Positions 40,593-54,992 of a stretch of DNA of 64,000 bases are shown here, piece after piece (positions within the stretch are counted from its first letter, which is position 1; each line of letters opens with the position of its first letter). The notes below the pieces were generated by a model. It was not told the DNA's origin. It ran no database searches and worked only from the letters and a program-made list of their open reading frames with translations. The translations under genes were made by a program, and so were the position numbers. This DNA is from Lama guanicoe (taxonomy: Eukaryota): assembly GCA_013239625.1 (NCBI GenBank), contig MU053911.1, forward strand, positions 1,005,590-1,069,589, given 5' to 3'.

Positions 40593-43429
40593 GTGCACTG
40601 GTAAACCACCAACATGGTCACTACTAGCAAGAATGTCAAGAGCCTTAAATAGACCAGATTTTCTCTTCCCTAACCAAAATCTTTTAAAAAGCCTAGTCAC
40701 TTGAGAGGAAAAAAGTAATTAAAAAGAATTAAAATAAGTTACCAAACGCTGCTCAATTTAGATACCCAATAGGAAGCTTTTGCTGAAATATCAGCACCAT
40801 GTACCTTCTCATACAGTAATTTTGCAGACTGCAATCTAAAACTTTAAGTCATTCATTTCAGCCTTGGGATTCTACCCTACTGAGACGACCTCACATGCAG
40901 ACTAGGCTTTAATCCCAAAGATGGTCATTACTGCATTACTGAAAGAGGAAAGAGAAAACCATCAATAATCTACGTGTCAGTGACAAGGGACTGAGTAACC
41001 AGGTGGCAAGTGTACTAAACAGAAAACATGTTCATTAAAAAGCTTAACGCATTTGTAACCGGCGAAATACTTCTATTTACACACTAAGTGAAAACGAACA
41101 TCCAAAATTTTGCACCCAGAGTCACCACAATTATACGTTATCCAGGTTTGGGCTTTATTGTTTTGCTGGCGGTGGGTTTATTTTAAATAAATTCAGCTTT
41201 GTAAAGTACTAGAAGAATCTATACATAAACGTTCACCATTACGTCTTCTGTATAAAACAACCATGAGTGTTTTCTCCCTCTTCTTTTTGACTTTTGTCTG
41301 TGTTCCTGTGGCATGTTTATACTGCACACTCAAAATGCAGAGAATGACAGAGCTCCCCTTTTCAAGTATACCAACGCCACAGAGTTTTAAACCTTACCAT
41401 TAAATTTCCAACCTCAAAGAACAGAGAGATTTATCCTAAAATGGTGGAAACTTCAGTGGTCACTAAGATGGGAAGGAAAAAGAGTTGTTAGGAACTTCAT
41501 ACCATGAAGCGGGAAGACAAACTAAAAACTAAACAAGTGAAGGTTAAATCTATTACCACTTGAAGAGGAATACTGCTTCTCTCCAGACAAGCAAGGTGAC
41601 GCTTGGCTTAAGGAGACCAACCCCAAGGTTACTGCTGATCTGATATGAACCACAAAGCTATTTTGGTATCTGAGCAGGAGGTGAAGTCTGCACGTCACTT
41701 CTCATTCCAGCACATTTAACCGAAAGGTATACACAGGGATAAACAGGCTCAGCGACAGACCGAGCCGGGAATCACAGACACGGCTCAGTCCCTCCGGGCC
41801 TCCGAGGCCGACTGTGGTGCAGACTGCGCGCTGGGGACACTTTCAGCGCCCGCCAACGGCTGCACCTCCATTCGCAGAACCACTGCATCCCATCTCTTCT
41901 CCGACACTCAGCAAGATCAGTTCCACCCCATTCCTTCACCAGCCCCCTACACAAACTAATCCAGCAGGAACACAAATTATCAAGCTAATGAACAAGACCC
42001 AGTATCAGCCTCATCTTGACACATACTTCTCTTCGCTCTGTTACAGAATCAGAAAGGGATGGTGGTGTCTTACTGAGCACAGCACTGCGGACACCGGTGA
42101 AGCAGAACCAGGAGGGAGAAGGAGTGGCAGGGGCCCCATGCCCGGCCCCTGGAGCGGACACGGGTGTGCGTGGTGAGGCTCGCCTGGCTGGGGGCGTGGG
42201 GGCGGGACACCAACTGCTCCCCCCCGAGGCCAGCTCGGGGTGAGGCAGGAGCTGCCCCGTGCTGGGGATGCACGCCCCTGGGCGAGAGGTCCAGCCCGAG
42301 GCTGACCGGGCACTGCGAGGCACGGACCTCCGGAGGCTCCACACACCACAGATGTCCTTTCTCACAGCAGACCGCCTCTACCGAGTGCCAGACAGCGCGG
42401 GCCCCCACCGCTTGAATGTCACCCTGCGTAGGAGCAGCAGCCTCGCTTTGCAAGCACGGTCATGACACGAGGCCCAGCAGCTGCGAGTCCAGCGCTGCTC
42501 TAACAACTGCAGGCAGATTAACTTACTCGGACAAGCCGCCCAGTGCCATTACCCTCAGTTTATTGGGGAGGACACAGACCTGGAGAAGCCAGAGCCCCAA
42601 GTCACTCAGTGAGGATGGAGTCCGTGCTCTGCTTGGGCGTCCAGCTCCGGTTTGTGCCACATGCACGTGTCCCCCCTACACGCCCTGCTCATCACTTCTC
42701 GTGTCTCCTGCTGCGTTCTCAGTGGTACCGTGGCCATGCGAGCTCTACGAAGGCAGAGCCCCTGGACCCAAGGATGTCTAACATGGGGCAGAACCTGCCG
42801 GATGCACGGAGCCACCTGCTGCTCCTCCAAATCCCTCATGACAACGAACCCAAGGCTCACCACCTCCCCCGTGCAAAGTGCCCCTGTCACTGGCTGGAGG
42901 CTAGTGGGGCCAGGAAGCACATGCGTGGGGCACGGGACAGGGTGCTCCTTGGGCAGCACACTCGTGCCTGTGCCCAAGGAAGTCCAGGGATCAGCCGACA
43001 CACTTGGGCTAAAGGTGCATCCTTTGTTCCTGTTATCTCCTCATCAAACCACCTGTGGCTACAGCCACGTTCCCTGGAGAAATTACAGATCCAGCACAAA
43101 CAGCCAACCTTGGCTAAAACAACTGAGAAAACCAGAGCACAGGACTCACGAAGCCTGCACTCGCCCCAGGGCATCAGATGCCAACTATCTCTGGCATTTC
43201 ACAACAGAAACACTACTCTTGGGTTATTACTTATAAATTTCCCAAGCGACTGAAACAACACTGCTACCAAATAACCCTTGAAATCTTACACATTTAAATT
43301 TGACATTATTTTCAGTTTTATCGTGTTTTTCTTAAGAAATGGGATGTGCAGTGTTACAAATAACTGAGATGATTATGATAGTGGTGACTGACCAGAAGTG
43401 AAGTCTCCTATCCTCTGCTTTTAAATAAT

Positions 43430-43854
43430 AGATCCTGGAGAAGGTGTGGAGAAAAGGGAACCCTCCTACCCTGCCAGTGGGAATGCAATTTTGTGCAGCC
43501 ACTGTGGAAAACAGAATGGAGATTCCTCAAAAAACTAAAGAAAACCTACCCTCTGATCCAGCAACCCCTCTCCTAGGCATGTATCTGAGGGAACGCTAAT
43601 GGAAAAGACACCTGCACCCCAGTGTTCACAGCAGCCCTATTTACAACAGCCAAGACATGGAAACAGCTTAAATGTCCATCAACAGATGACTGGATAAAGA
43701 TGTGGTATATTTATACAATGGAATACTGCTCAGCCATAAAAAAGAATAAAATAATGCCATCTGCAGCAACATGGATGAACCTGGAGATTATCTTCTAAGT
43801 GAAGTGAGCCAGACAGAGGAAGAAAAATACCATATGATGTCACTCATATATGGT

Positions 43855-43891
<37 letters not shown>

Positions 43892-44080
43892 AAGAAAAAG
43901 AAAAAACAGGACACTATGAACCATCTACAAAACAGAATCAGACTCACAGACACAGTAAACAATCTTACAGTTACTGGGGAAAAGGGGGTGGGAAGGGATA
44001 AATTTGGCAGTTTGAGATTTGCAAATGTTAACCATTATATATAAAATAGACAAATAACAAATTTCCTCTGTACAGCATAC
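43430..44080 (+). mobile_element. L1 fragment (ORF2 C-terminus plus 3'UTR), relatively young, with an expanded internal A tract at ~43860-43889
   Basis: Classic L1 motifs ggagaaggtgtggagaaaagggaaccctcctac, aaatgtccatcaacagatgactggataaag and gcagcaacatggatg. Confidence 0.9.
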
Positions 44081-47000
44081 TTCCTGCACACAATGTGCTC
44101 TGGAGGGCAGTACTATCTAAATGGACTAAACTGTTCTGTATCTGGGGGGAAAGTCCACATTTTCTTCCACTAGACACGTCTGTCCAGTGTCCAAATAGGG
44201 ACTTATCTGACGTGTAAATATTCTGAAGAGAAGACTTTCGAACCTCACTGAACTATCTCTCTTCTCAGACAATTAATAAATAACACAGCATTACACTGTG
44301 GAATCAAATATTTACTATTACTTGAAAAAGGTCCAAATAGCTATCATTTCCCTCTACCTTTTCTGCAGATCAGCTACCAATCAACACAGGCCAATGTCTA
44401 AAGAATTAGTTTGAATTTCAGATGTTTACAATATAGTCCAAGTCCCAAATTTTCAGTGTTTAAGCCTCCCATGAGGCAAATAACCACAGCATATTTTAGG
44501 AGGTCAAGGGGGTGTTCTGGTTATCTTCTAACAGGGCTTCCCCAAACCATTTCTTATGAGAGCAAAGGGCACTAAGTAGATAACACATAACATTAAGTAA
44601 TGGGTTCATAAAACAGGAAATATTTAGAAGTAAAAGTGCCCACTGTCTGCAACTTATTCTCAGATGGCTCACGGAAAAAAAAAATGTATGTAAGAAGGAA
44701 AAAGAGTAATAAAGCAGATGTGGCAAAATGTTAACTACCAGCGAAGCTGGTTCTTCTCTTCCAACTTTCCTACAGGGCCGGAGCTGTTCACAACGGAACA
44801 GTGAAGAACACACGCCACTGGCTCACTGCCCAGGGGAACCCGGCTCAGGGTGGGAGCCTCCCGGGCACAGGCCTCTTCTCACCCCTGGCCCCCAAGCCTG
44901 CCTCCTGCAGACCTGCGGGGCAGGGGGCCCTCCCCGCCACGCACCTTCACCCTCCCTAGAGTGCGGCCTCTGTCTCCTCCCCAAATCTGCCACCACGGCA
45001 GCTCTGATCAGACCCTGGCTTTGCTGGAGAGGCGTGGCTACTGCTCCTGCTTCTTGGCTCCATGCAAGCATCTTCCTCTGACCCTCACACCTTCCTATTT
45101 CACACAAGACGCACGTCCTGCCCCGACTCCTGTCAGTTCCCAGCACGCTGCCTTGAGCAGGACCCTGAGGACCCCGTCAAGTGAGGTCCACCCCAGGTGA
45201 GGGGGGCAGGGGCAGCGCTGCCCCTGGGATCGGACTCCAACCCACCTGCTCTCCTTAGCCACACTCACCTCCCCTGCAATTTCAACTTCTTGGTTCCATT
45301 CCTGCCAAATGCTAACTTTTACGGCTGCTTCAGTGCTGACCTCCAGACCGAGGCCGCCAGCCGCTCAGGGCAGCTCCATCCAGTGCTCCACAGACACGAA
45401 CTCTCCTACCACCAAAACACACTTAACCCCACGCTGGGTCCAGTGGTCCTGCAGGTCACTGTGCTGTCCAAAGCACCAATTCTAGAAACTCCCTGCAGTT
45501 CCCTATCCTCAAGCGTCCAGTCCACAGTCACTGCCCTTTCAACTGCACGCAGAGGTCCCTGTCTCATGAGTCAGGGTGCCCACCACCCGAACCTGAGTCC
45601 CCACCATGTCACCTGGACCACAGCGGTGCACTCCTAACTCAGCTCTGCACTGCCAGCCTCCTCCACCCAAATCCCGCCTCCACATTGCTTTATGAGGATT
45701 ATCCCTGAAAAGTACAAATCTAACTTGCAAGAACTGTAAACAGCATATACTCAGTGATGGAGGAAATTACACAATACTAGGTCATGACCCCGCCCCACAG
45801 TTTCCTGAGGGTCTTGGCATCAGTCCTCATGGGGGCCGACACCCCCTAAACTCCATCACTTGTGCCCTATGTTCCAAGTGTGACGGCATCTTCTACCCCC
45901 ACTCCCCCATCAGGTTGCTTCACATCCTGTTCTCTGAATGGTTTCCCTTGGCTAAAAAAGTCCTCGTCCTCCAGGCAGAGCCCTATTTACAGTCAGCTAA
46001 AACTAGGTTCAAACATCAGGTCCCACAGAGAGACCCTAACTCCCACCCAAGCTCCTCCCCACAAGCAGCTCCTGTGTGACTCTGGCCTTCGAGTCATAAA
46101 GCCACTTCTCTCCCCACACTACAGGCTGATCATCTGTGAGTTAATTTTATGTCCCTTTAACAACTCACACTGCTTAACATCAAGGCCACCGACCATGAAC
46201 TCTGCATTTATTCTCCTACATCTACGTCTGTGTCTCCCACTTGCACAAGCTGACATCCCCCAGGTGGTCAGCAGACGTTCTCCAGCGGGGCCTCGAGAGG
46301 AAGTGTGTCAGGCTTTGGGGACCCACGGTCCCCATGACAGCGACTTGACTCTGCATCCCGGAGCAGAAGCGGCCGGAGCCAAGTCAGTGATGGTGCGGCT
46401 TTGTTCCGATGCAGTTTTGCCTGTAAAACAGGCAACCAGCAGCAGTGCATCCTGCTGCAGGCTGATTTCCACCTCAGGACAGCTCTCCCGGGCCTGGAAA
46501 GCCTGCCTGAGCTCTGTTCAGCTGACACCGTCTGAGCCAGTGCCTTTGCTCAGAGAGCTCAGGCAGTCTTGCTAAACTGGTCCCCTCTGCCGCCCAGAAT
46601 TCCTAACGACCTCTGGACACAAGAGCCCTCTCACCCACTGACCACCGGAAACCCCTGCAGGACGACAGGCCCCGACGGCAAGGTCTGCAAAGGCCCCGCC
46701 CCAGGACTTGCCCTCCGCGTCCGGGGCAATACTGATGTCCTGTCTGCCGGCCACGGAGCTGACGGGCCCGAGAGTGCTGGTCTCGCAGGCTCACTGACCC
46801 TTCCAGCCCGTGGGTTAAGCCGCATACACTTTCACATTGCTCGATGCAGACTTTAAAACTATTGTTCAAAATTTACTTTCTTTATAATTGTTCCACCACT
46901 TAAAATTTTTTCTACTGAAAACCGTAAGTGGAAACTTTCCCTTTCATATATTCTTTTACAAGGTTGGGCATCCTCCTTAGTGCTTTAAGCCCTAAAGCCA

Positions 47001-49619
47001 AGTTTGTTTTCCAGAGAAACACATTTTCTCTCTCTTTAACTTTACAGTGAGTCACTAACTGAAACTGACTTTAATAAAAGCAGAATCTACACTTTAAAAT
47101 GAGATACAACAGATAAAAACTCTTACCAAGTTTATGCTAATAACCCGCTGCTTTTCCGTTTAAAGCCTGATTCCTGAGCTAAAGGCAGACTCACAGAGCT
47201 CTGGAATTAAGAACGCAGGAAGTGCGCACAATGCAGACACACGGGAGAGAAGCTCAGTGGGACCGCCCGAGGCCACACACACGCAGCAGCTGGGAAAGCT
47301 CTCACTCCTCTGGCCACTGTCCCTTCCCAAGTGACATTCATTTCAAACAAGACCGTTCCTGCTTCTCTGCTAACAATAGTCTAAAAAGCCAGCTTGTCCC
47401 CCAGTCACAATGGCCCCATTCTGCAGCAGGGCAGAGCGGGCGTGTTGCGAAGGGGCCCCACTCCGTCCTGCCGCAGAGCCCGCCCGAGCCACGACCTTCC
47501 CTGCAGGCGCGGACAGGCCTGTGACACAAGCCCATCTTTCAAAGGATCGGATGTCACAGGGCAGGGCCTTTCTCAGGCTGTTATAACTGTGGCACTTGGA
47601 AATCAGAGTTCAGTCCCTATATTAAATTTCTACTGCTAGAATTCATGTCCCTTCAGGATGAGGGATGTCTGCAAAATTGACATTTTCAGAGATTTCACAT
47701 TTCAAGCAATTAAGTCAGCCTAACTTTAAAATACCCCTTTCTTTAATTAAAAAAAAAAAGGAGGGGGGAGAAAATGCCCTTCTCGTTGTGAACGTTTCCA
47801 CCTTTCACTGCCTGTTACAGGCCTGGTCTTATCTTGCATTTCTAGCAAATGGGGTCTCGTCAGGGAGGTGCTGCTGCCAACACAGCATGAACTCTGGACC
47901 AGCAATCACGACCCCTTGCTGGAGAACAAGCACGGCTGATTCCTCAACAGCCCACAGCGAGACAGCACAAGTGCACCCGCCAGAGACACAAACCAAAATG
48001 AGGTGCAAACAGGGATACAGCAACGCTACGTGAAGACCCAGACACACTTCTGCTGTGTTAACCTGTAAGTCAGACGCTCCCTCCAGCAGCACGGTTAACA
48101 CGTGTCACTGACAAGCAAACACGTGTTGCAGAACGTCCAGGGGAAGTGCAGAGTGCGCTGGCTGGGATGGCCCCACCCTCAATCACATGCCCTTTGACCT
48201 TGCAATTCACGTCCAGCTGCATCACTTCTACTCTTAGGGTCTGTTTTGCCATGAGCTGGAAATCCCTTTTCTTAAGGAGATGCTCCAAGGTTCGAATGTT
48301 CAAAACCTGGATGCCGCGGGGCGGGGTCTAGGACACGGGCACAAGCTGTGCTCGGAACCCTCCAGCCTGTCCTGGGACACGCGGGCGAGGAGCTCCAGGG
48401 GAAGGCATGGGGAGGAAGGGTGGGCACAGGGTGGCAGCCCAGCCCCACAGGCTTCCAAGAGGCCGTCCTCCTGGAGCCCGGCCAGGCCAGGCCAGCCCGC
48501 GTACGTCTGGTCCGCGGTGGCTTCTGCGGCACCTGTCAGAGCCGAGCAGCTGAGACACAGACCACGCGGCCCTGTCTGCAAGTCTACTGACCACGGTCCA
48601 GAGCCAAGGCAAGTGGCCAAGGCTGGACGTCCGTGTGTGGGAATCATCTGGATAAGGACGTGGAGGTGTCACCCCTTCAGGGCTTCGCTGAGACTCGTCT
48701 AACTGGTCTCCAACTCTGACTCGCTTCTCCCTGGGCATCTTCCCCCTGCCCTCTCGTCTTAAACCCGGTCAGTGGCTGCTCACTGCTCCTGGGGTAAATA
48801 CCAAAGGATCACCATCCCTACACACCTGGCTTCACACGGCTCTGCCCACCTCTCCGGGTTCCCCCTCCACCACCCCTACCCCAGGCTCCGGTTCCGGCCC
48901 CACTGGCCTCCGGCAGCTCTGGCACACAGCCTCCCTCCACTCACTGGTGCCCCCAGGCCCCTCTAGGCGGTGCGGTTCACTGCCACAGCTCAGAGTGCAC
49001 CTGACACGCACGTCAGCTCTGCTCTGACGCACCTCCCCGTCCCAGCTGGAACCATCATACAAGCAGCGACAGCATGTTTTTTCAACTTTTTAACCCAATG
49101 CCTGGCATCCAGCAAGCCCATAATAAATGGCTACTAAATGAATAACAGGCTAACATATAATCAGAGAGAATGTGCTGACGTGTGTACAGAAACAATGAGC
49201 CAATCGACAAAGGTGGTCCAGCCTACGCTCACAAGCTGTGACAGAGACCCTCCTCACCTTCAAGAGGAACTGACGGGTGTCCTACCAAAAGAAGGGACGT
49301 CAGATCCCAGCCGAGGGGCCCCTGCCAGGACACAGCGCGGGGCTGAGTCCCTGCACACAGGCAGTCGTCAGCACGTGGTACGCCGTCTTCCTTAAATCTC
49401 AATGAAGGGTGTAACCTGAGCCGAGATTTCAGCCCGTCTTACCAAGGCCCGACAGCCTCCTGCCAACACACTGCCTTGCTCCTGGCAAATCCTAGACGCT
49501 GGTCTCAATAACCTTGTAACCTGTGTTATTACTACATACATGCTTCCAAGGGTCACAGGCAGTCTCCCCTGGGTACACTTCAAGAGCGCGTCTGTATACC
49601 AATAAACATTAGCACATTC

Positions 49620-49800
49620 AGTAACGTTTACGGAGCACTTACTACGAGCCAGGCGTCACACCAGGGGCTCTACATGCATTACTTCAGTTACTTCTCACCA
49701 CCAGGCTCTTTCAGGAACATTCTATCATGGTACCCACTTTAGAGTGGGGAAACTGAGGGCTGGAAGGCTGTGTCACTTGCCCACAGCTACCCACGGGTGT
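49620..49800 (-). mobile_element. MIR SINE
   Basis: gagcacttactacgagccaggc ... ggggaaactgagg ... tcacttgcccacag. Confidence 0.7.
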
Positions 49801-51895
49801 GGGAGCAGCTACAGATCCACGTCTCGGCCACGCAGCCTCCATCACCCTTCCCCAACTTCACCGGACCTCTGCAGCCGACCTGCAGGGGCTCAGCCAGGGC
49901 TTAAAAACAAAAACTTTGTTTTAGTTTTTTTCAAGAGGAGAAAGTACAGTCATTAGCTTCATCAGCCTTTCCACGCCAGGGCAGGCTCTGGCCACACACG
50001 GCGCCAGAGCAGTGGGTGGATCCGGAGAGCTGTCTCCACCGCAGAGTGAACCTGCAGGCTGGACGTAACCACACATGCATCAGAGAGGGGGGTGAAAACT
50101 ACGAAGAGTAATGCAGTCTTTTCTGGAAGTAGCTTCTCCGACTGCACCCTTGCTGGCCTGGGAGGATGCACGCGCCCAAGCACAAGTATTTTACGTCTGT
50201 ATCTGCACTACGGAAACACATTGCTGTGCATGGAAGCAGTGACACCGGCCCTCAGCTCACACAGCTGACCCTCGTCCACTCACTCCTCGTACACCTTCAC
50301 TCCGTCTGCTTTCAAGAAGGCAGCTTCACTCAGGTACTGTGCACACAATTAAACGCACACCCATTCTGAGTGTACACTTCAATGAGTTCTGACAAGTGTA
50401 CCCACCATGTGACCACCGCAATCAAGGTAGTCTGCCCACCCCCCGCCCCACCCACAGGCAGGCCCCATCTGCTGTCACTCCAACCGGGACCCGTCTCCTG
50501 TAGACTGTCACACAAACGGGCACAGAGCGTCCTGCTCCTGCCTGCCCTTCTCACCACGCACCGCTCTGTAAACGCTGCATTGAAAGGTGTGTCGGCTGCT
50601 CTATCTGGTGGAGGAGAGCTTTGTTCCATGATCCACCGGGCAGGCGGCGAGGCGGGTTCAAACCACCCTTACAGGTGCGTGCGTGTGACAACAGCTAAGC
50701 CCGAGCCCAGGGCCCACCTGGAGCGGGTTGCCGGCCATGGTACCAAGGCAGGCTGAAGGAACCAGGCCCAGGAAATACTGGCTCTCAGTGAAACCACGCA
50801 GACTCCCCTGAGCCCTGGCTGCTGCAAACAGGCCCCGAGTGGCAGCAGGTCCTCAGGTCTCCCTGGAATCGTGTTAAGCTTCACTTCCACCTCATTTTAT
50901 GTTTCAGCCTCAGTTTTCCTTTTCCTTTCCTTCCCTTTTCAATGTATGGATCTTACCATGCGTGTTGGCGGGAAATAGACGTGACAGCGGGACCGTGACC
51001 GTCCCTCGGACGGCCCCTGCACCCACGAGTGCATTCTGGGCAGCGGTGCTCACCCAGCTGCAGGCGAGAACCATGGAGGAGCTTGGGAAATGCTGATGCC
51101 CGGGCCCCCCCCCGTGCCGGGACGCAGGCTGCAGGGCCGGGCGGGGAACCCACTGTGCAGTGCCTGGGCAGTGTGCCGGCCCCTCCCCGCTGCCACAACA
51201 GACCCCACCGCGGCCCCAGTCCCTCATCCAAGATCTTAATGCCTCAGTCACTGCAGGTACCAGCTGTGTCCCAGGACAAACTCCAAGCTGTGTCAGGTGG
51301 CTTGAGCAGCAGGTTTTCAATGATGCTTAGTGAATTCGAGACAGGGTCCAGAGCGTTTAATTCCCCTCATCAAGCCCTAAGATGTTACTGGAACCCCACT
51401 TCTGCTCTGCATAAGGAGCAGACACACTTTCCAAGAGGGCCCCAATGTGTCTTAGAAATGTTTTCTAACAGCTGTGGTTCCATCGTCCGGGCCAAGACAG
51501 GAAGCCCCAGGGACATGATGGCTTCTCCTCGTCTCAGCTCAACCCAGTAATTACACAGCGGCCGCACAGCCCGCGGTACCCCCGGCGGGTGAACCGGACT
51601 CCCTCCTCAGAGCAAACCGCAGCCCCCTCCACCAGCGCAGCGCGGCAGTCCACGATGCTGCGCCGAGGTGCAGGCACTCCGGAAAGATTCCGGGCCTCAA
51701 GTTAACGTTTCATTTTTGAGACAAAGAGTTCCAGGAAGATGGATATCAGCTTTAAGGTCAGTGCAACCACTGGCTCAGCAAGAGAAAATTTCCAGGTAAC
51801 ACTTTACTATAACACATTGTTAAAGAAATTTGAAGAGCACTGTACTGCACAAAATCCTGCCTTCCTAGAGTATTTTAAACAGTGTTTGCCCATTC

Positions 51896-52025
51896 TTTTT
51901 TTTTTTTTGAGGGGGACGTAATTAGATTTATTCATTTATTTATTTTTTAAAGGAAGTGCTGAGGGTTGAACCCAGAACTCCGTGTGTGCTAGGCGTGTGC
52001 CCTATCGCTGAGCTACACCCTGCCC
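51896..52025 (-). mobile_element. tRNA-derived SINE, camelid Vic-1-like
   Basis: Minus strand reads GGGCAGGGTGTAGCTCAG (A box) ... GGTTCAACCC (B box) ... AAATAAATAAAT ... CTAATTAC..CCCC + poly(A). It is flanked by a probable TSD, CCCATTC (51889-51895 / 52026-52032). Confidence 0.85.
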
Positions 52026-54884
52026 CCCATTCAGCCTGTTCTGGATGCCTGTCCAAAGTCACCGTGATCAACCCCCAGAGACCGCGTATTAACAGAGAAG
52101 CAGCCACTGAGGTACGCTGGGATATTTGCACCAACACACAGTGAAGCTTGACTCGTGGTGGTTTATAAGGCGTTGGTTTATTTCTCTGTATTTTTGCTGT
52201 CTCCTTCATTATCAGACCAATAGCCAGCTGCCAGCTGGGAAAGCAAGTGACTCAGCACATCTGTGGAGAAGGTTTCAGAGCTAAGGCCTCAGGACCTTTT
52301 CAGAACCAGAGGAAAACGCGTCCCTGCCGGTCCACTCAGATGCACTATGGGACAAGGCTCTGCTGATGCTCTCGGGTGCTGAGTGGTCTGAGGCCACCAC
52401 TCGGACACCCTTCTGAGATGCTGAGAACGCCAGGAGAGAGGACGAGGGAGCGAGCGCTCTGGGAGCCAGAGCTTGGCGGACTCACAGGGGGTCATTCCCC
52501 ACAATTCCAACACCGTCACTCACACCCAAGAGCTTGCAGGGCTCCAGGCGCATTAACTCGCCCGACCCGCACAGCTGCCCCGGAGGAGCCGTGGCTGCTT
52601 CCCACACCAGGTGGGTCAGGACCAAGACTGGTGCGGCACGGGACGGGCAGCAGGACGGCCGCCCTGCCCCGGGGCGGGGGGGCTCGGAGCCAGCGGGGCT
52701 GCCCTCCTCCACCGGGGCCACCGTCCTCCACCACCACTCGCTACTCGTGACTGCTGTTAGTTGCCCGGAAAAGCGACCACTCACTGGAGTTCAGAAAAAG
52801 CCGATCTGAGAATCTTCAAAGGATCACGTCTCTGATGGAGTTCTGGTATTTTTAATCATTTACCTGATGGGGCTACAGCCGGTAACCCAGGAATGAAGGC
52901 AGGCCAAAGCTCTTCTCGGACACAAGCTTCCCTGCATGGCGCTCAAAGGACTCAGGCAAGACACCAAGCTGAGAACTCTGTGGCCACCAACACCCTCGGG
53001 GAAACTCCTTAATAGAACGGCAGCTTGCAGCGCACCCAAGTACCTGCTGCCTGTCACCAACACCCTCAGTACACTTGCCCCTCCCCCAGAAAGCCTCTCT
53101 CGGTAGAAAATGACTAAATAAATGAAAGAAGACGATCTGTGGAAGGCTGAACTGAATGGAGGGCAAACACCACGCCTGCGGCAGGCCAGTCTTACTTTGG
53201 GGGTCCGAGGGAGGCGGGGAGCTCGGCACTTTACCAAGCAGACCCAAAACAGAGGTTCACAAATCGAGTGCTTCTTCATCCCGTTCATTAACGCAGTCAC
53301 TGCAGATGATTTAGCACCACCTAACGAAACCTGAAGTCAGCTTCAAAGACTGCAATTAGGTGAAAGCAAATACTATTTTATTGTGCTTTTAGAGAAAATT
53401 GTTATAAGGGCCTTTACTCTAGCCAGACATTAAATGAGTCAACATTTTTTAACAGATAAAGTAAAGGGAAAGAAACATGTTCAGAAGGTAAAACTGGATG
53501 TTAAAAGGTATTTTGTTTGGAATAGAAAAATTCTCTATCCCTTTAACTCTTAAGTTAAAAAAAAAAAGCTTTGCTTTGTCCCAAACAATGAAAAGTGAGA
53601 AGTCTCTTTCTGGGCCCCATCCATTATAAACCAGAACTGACTAACGGCAAACATAAACTAGCATTACTCCCAAGTTAATAACAGTTCTCAACTGTTTCAT
53701 TATGAACATAATAACTGACATTTTCTGAACGGCTATTAGGTGCTAAGCACCTGGCTTCTTATGCTGAATCTTCTCAAATGCCTGAGTCAGAGGAGGAAAC
53801 AGATCAGAGAGGTGAGGAAGCCTATTCGAAGCCAGGACCCCAGATCTGATCCAAACCCAGGCTCTTTGCTAAATGCCACGTCTGCCAGGTTGAGGCGTGG
53901 CTGTGCTCATGTGAGTGGGCTAACCCATCTGGGGACCAGGGGGCAGGGGAGAGGATTCCAGAGCAGAGGAACCAAGATCCAGCTAGCTACGTGACGCAGA
54001 GGTTACGGAAGGCCTCGGAGCCAGCTCTCAGTCCAGCCCGGGTCCTCAGCAGCCAGACCAGCGGGGACAGGGCCCACCCACCCCATGCCTCTGTGGTCCC
54101 ACGTGCACAAGGGCACGTGAAGGCAGCACCTTTGACTGAGGAGGGGCTGCATCTCCCAGGACAGGCACAGTGTCCAGCTTAGAGCAGGGGGATGACTCAG
54201 ACCCCAGGCACTGGCCATCGTGTGGACCAGGACGGAGGGCAGCCAGGCAGGGAGCAGACAGAAGGCAGGCGTCCTGCATGAGGACGAGTTACTGCACCCA
54301 CAGCAGTGGGACAGGGCGCCGAACAGCAGGAGTGCAGTTTGGGAAAGCAGACCAAAGGGGCAAGGAGAGGAGTCCCGGACAAGAGCCCCGGCGCTCCCGG
54401 TGGGCAAGCAAGCTCTGGCTGCCACGCTGGAGGGGAGAGCACAGGAAGGGCTCCCGGGTCAGACCGGAGGCACCAGCCCCACAGTAAAGCAGGGGACATG
54501 AGCTGGGGCTGAGTTGGGGGGTCAGCACATGACACCCACGCAAGATTAACGGTGCCTCTGTTCTGCCCCGCAGCATGGGGACAGGGATTTCCAGAGATGA
54601 GAACGTCGCTGAACGCCGGTGAGACCAGGAATGCCGAGGAAGGAAGGAGTTTCCTCTCCCCACACGCGGCCCGAGAAAGAAAAGCCGAGAAGAGCACGGG
54701 AGCGGGCCTCCAGGAGGGGACTGTCAGGCGCCCATGGGGCTGCACCCCCAACCTCGGCCAGGCCCTCCGGACTCTGGCCCGCACCCAGGACGCAGCCCCA
54801 GCATGGAGCAGGCACCAGGGCAACACGGCCCGGCTCATTTTAGATGACAGGCCCATCCACCCAGCGGGTTGCTCACGGAGAATC

Positions 54885-54992
54885 AGACGGGAAAGAGTAA
54901 GAAACGAGCATATGGATGTGCATGCCTGCCTGGGGCATGACGCGGGACACCAGACGCTGACACAGTGTGACTAAGCTTCAATTTAAAAAAAA
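54885..54992 (+). mobile_element. Short L1 3' end
   Basis: gacaccagacgctgacacagtgtgac...cttcaatttaaaaaaaa. Confidence 0.65.

Noticed and set aside
51950..52025. tRNA gene
   Set aside because: A/B boxes are present, but it has a SINE tail, poly(A) and TSD, and no intact cloverleaf.
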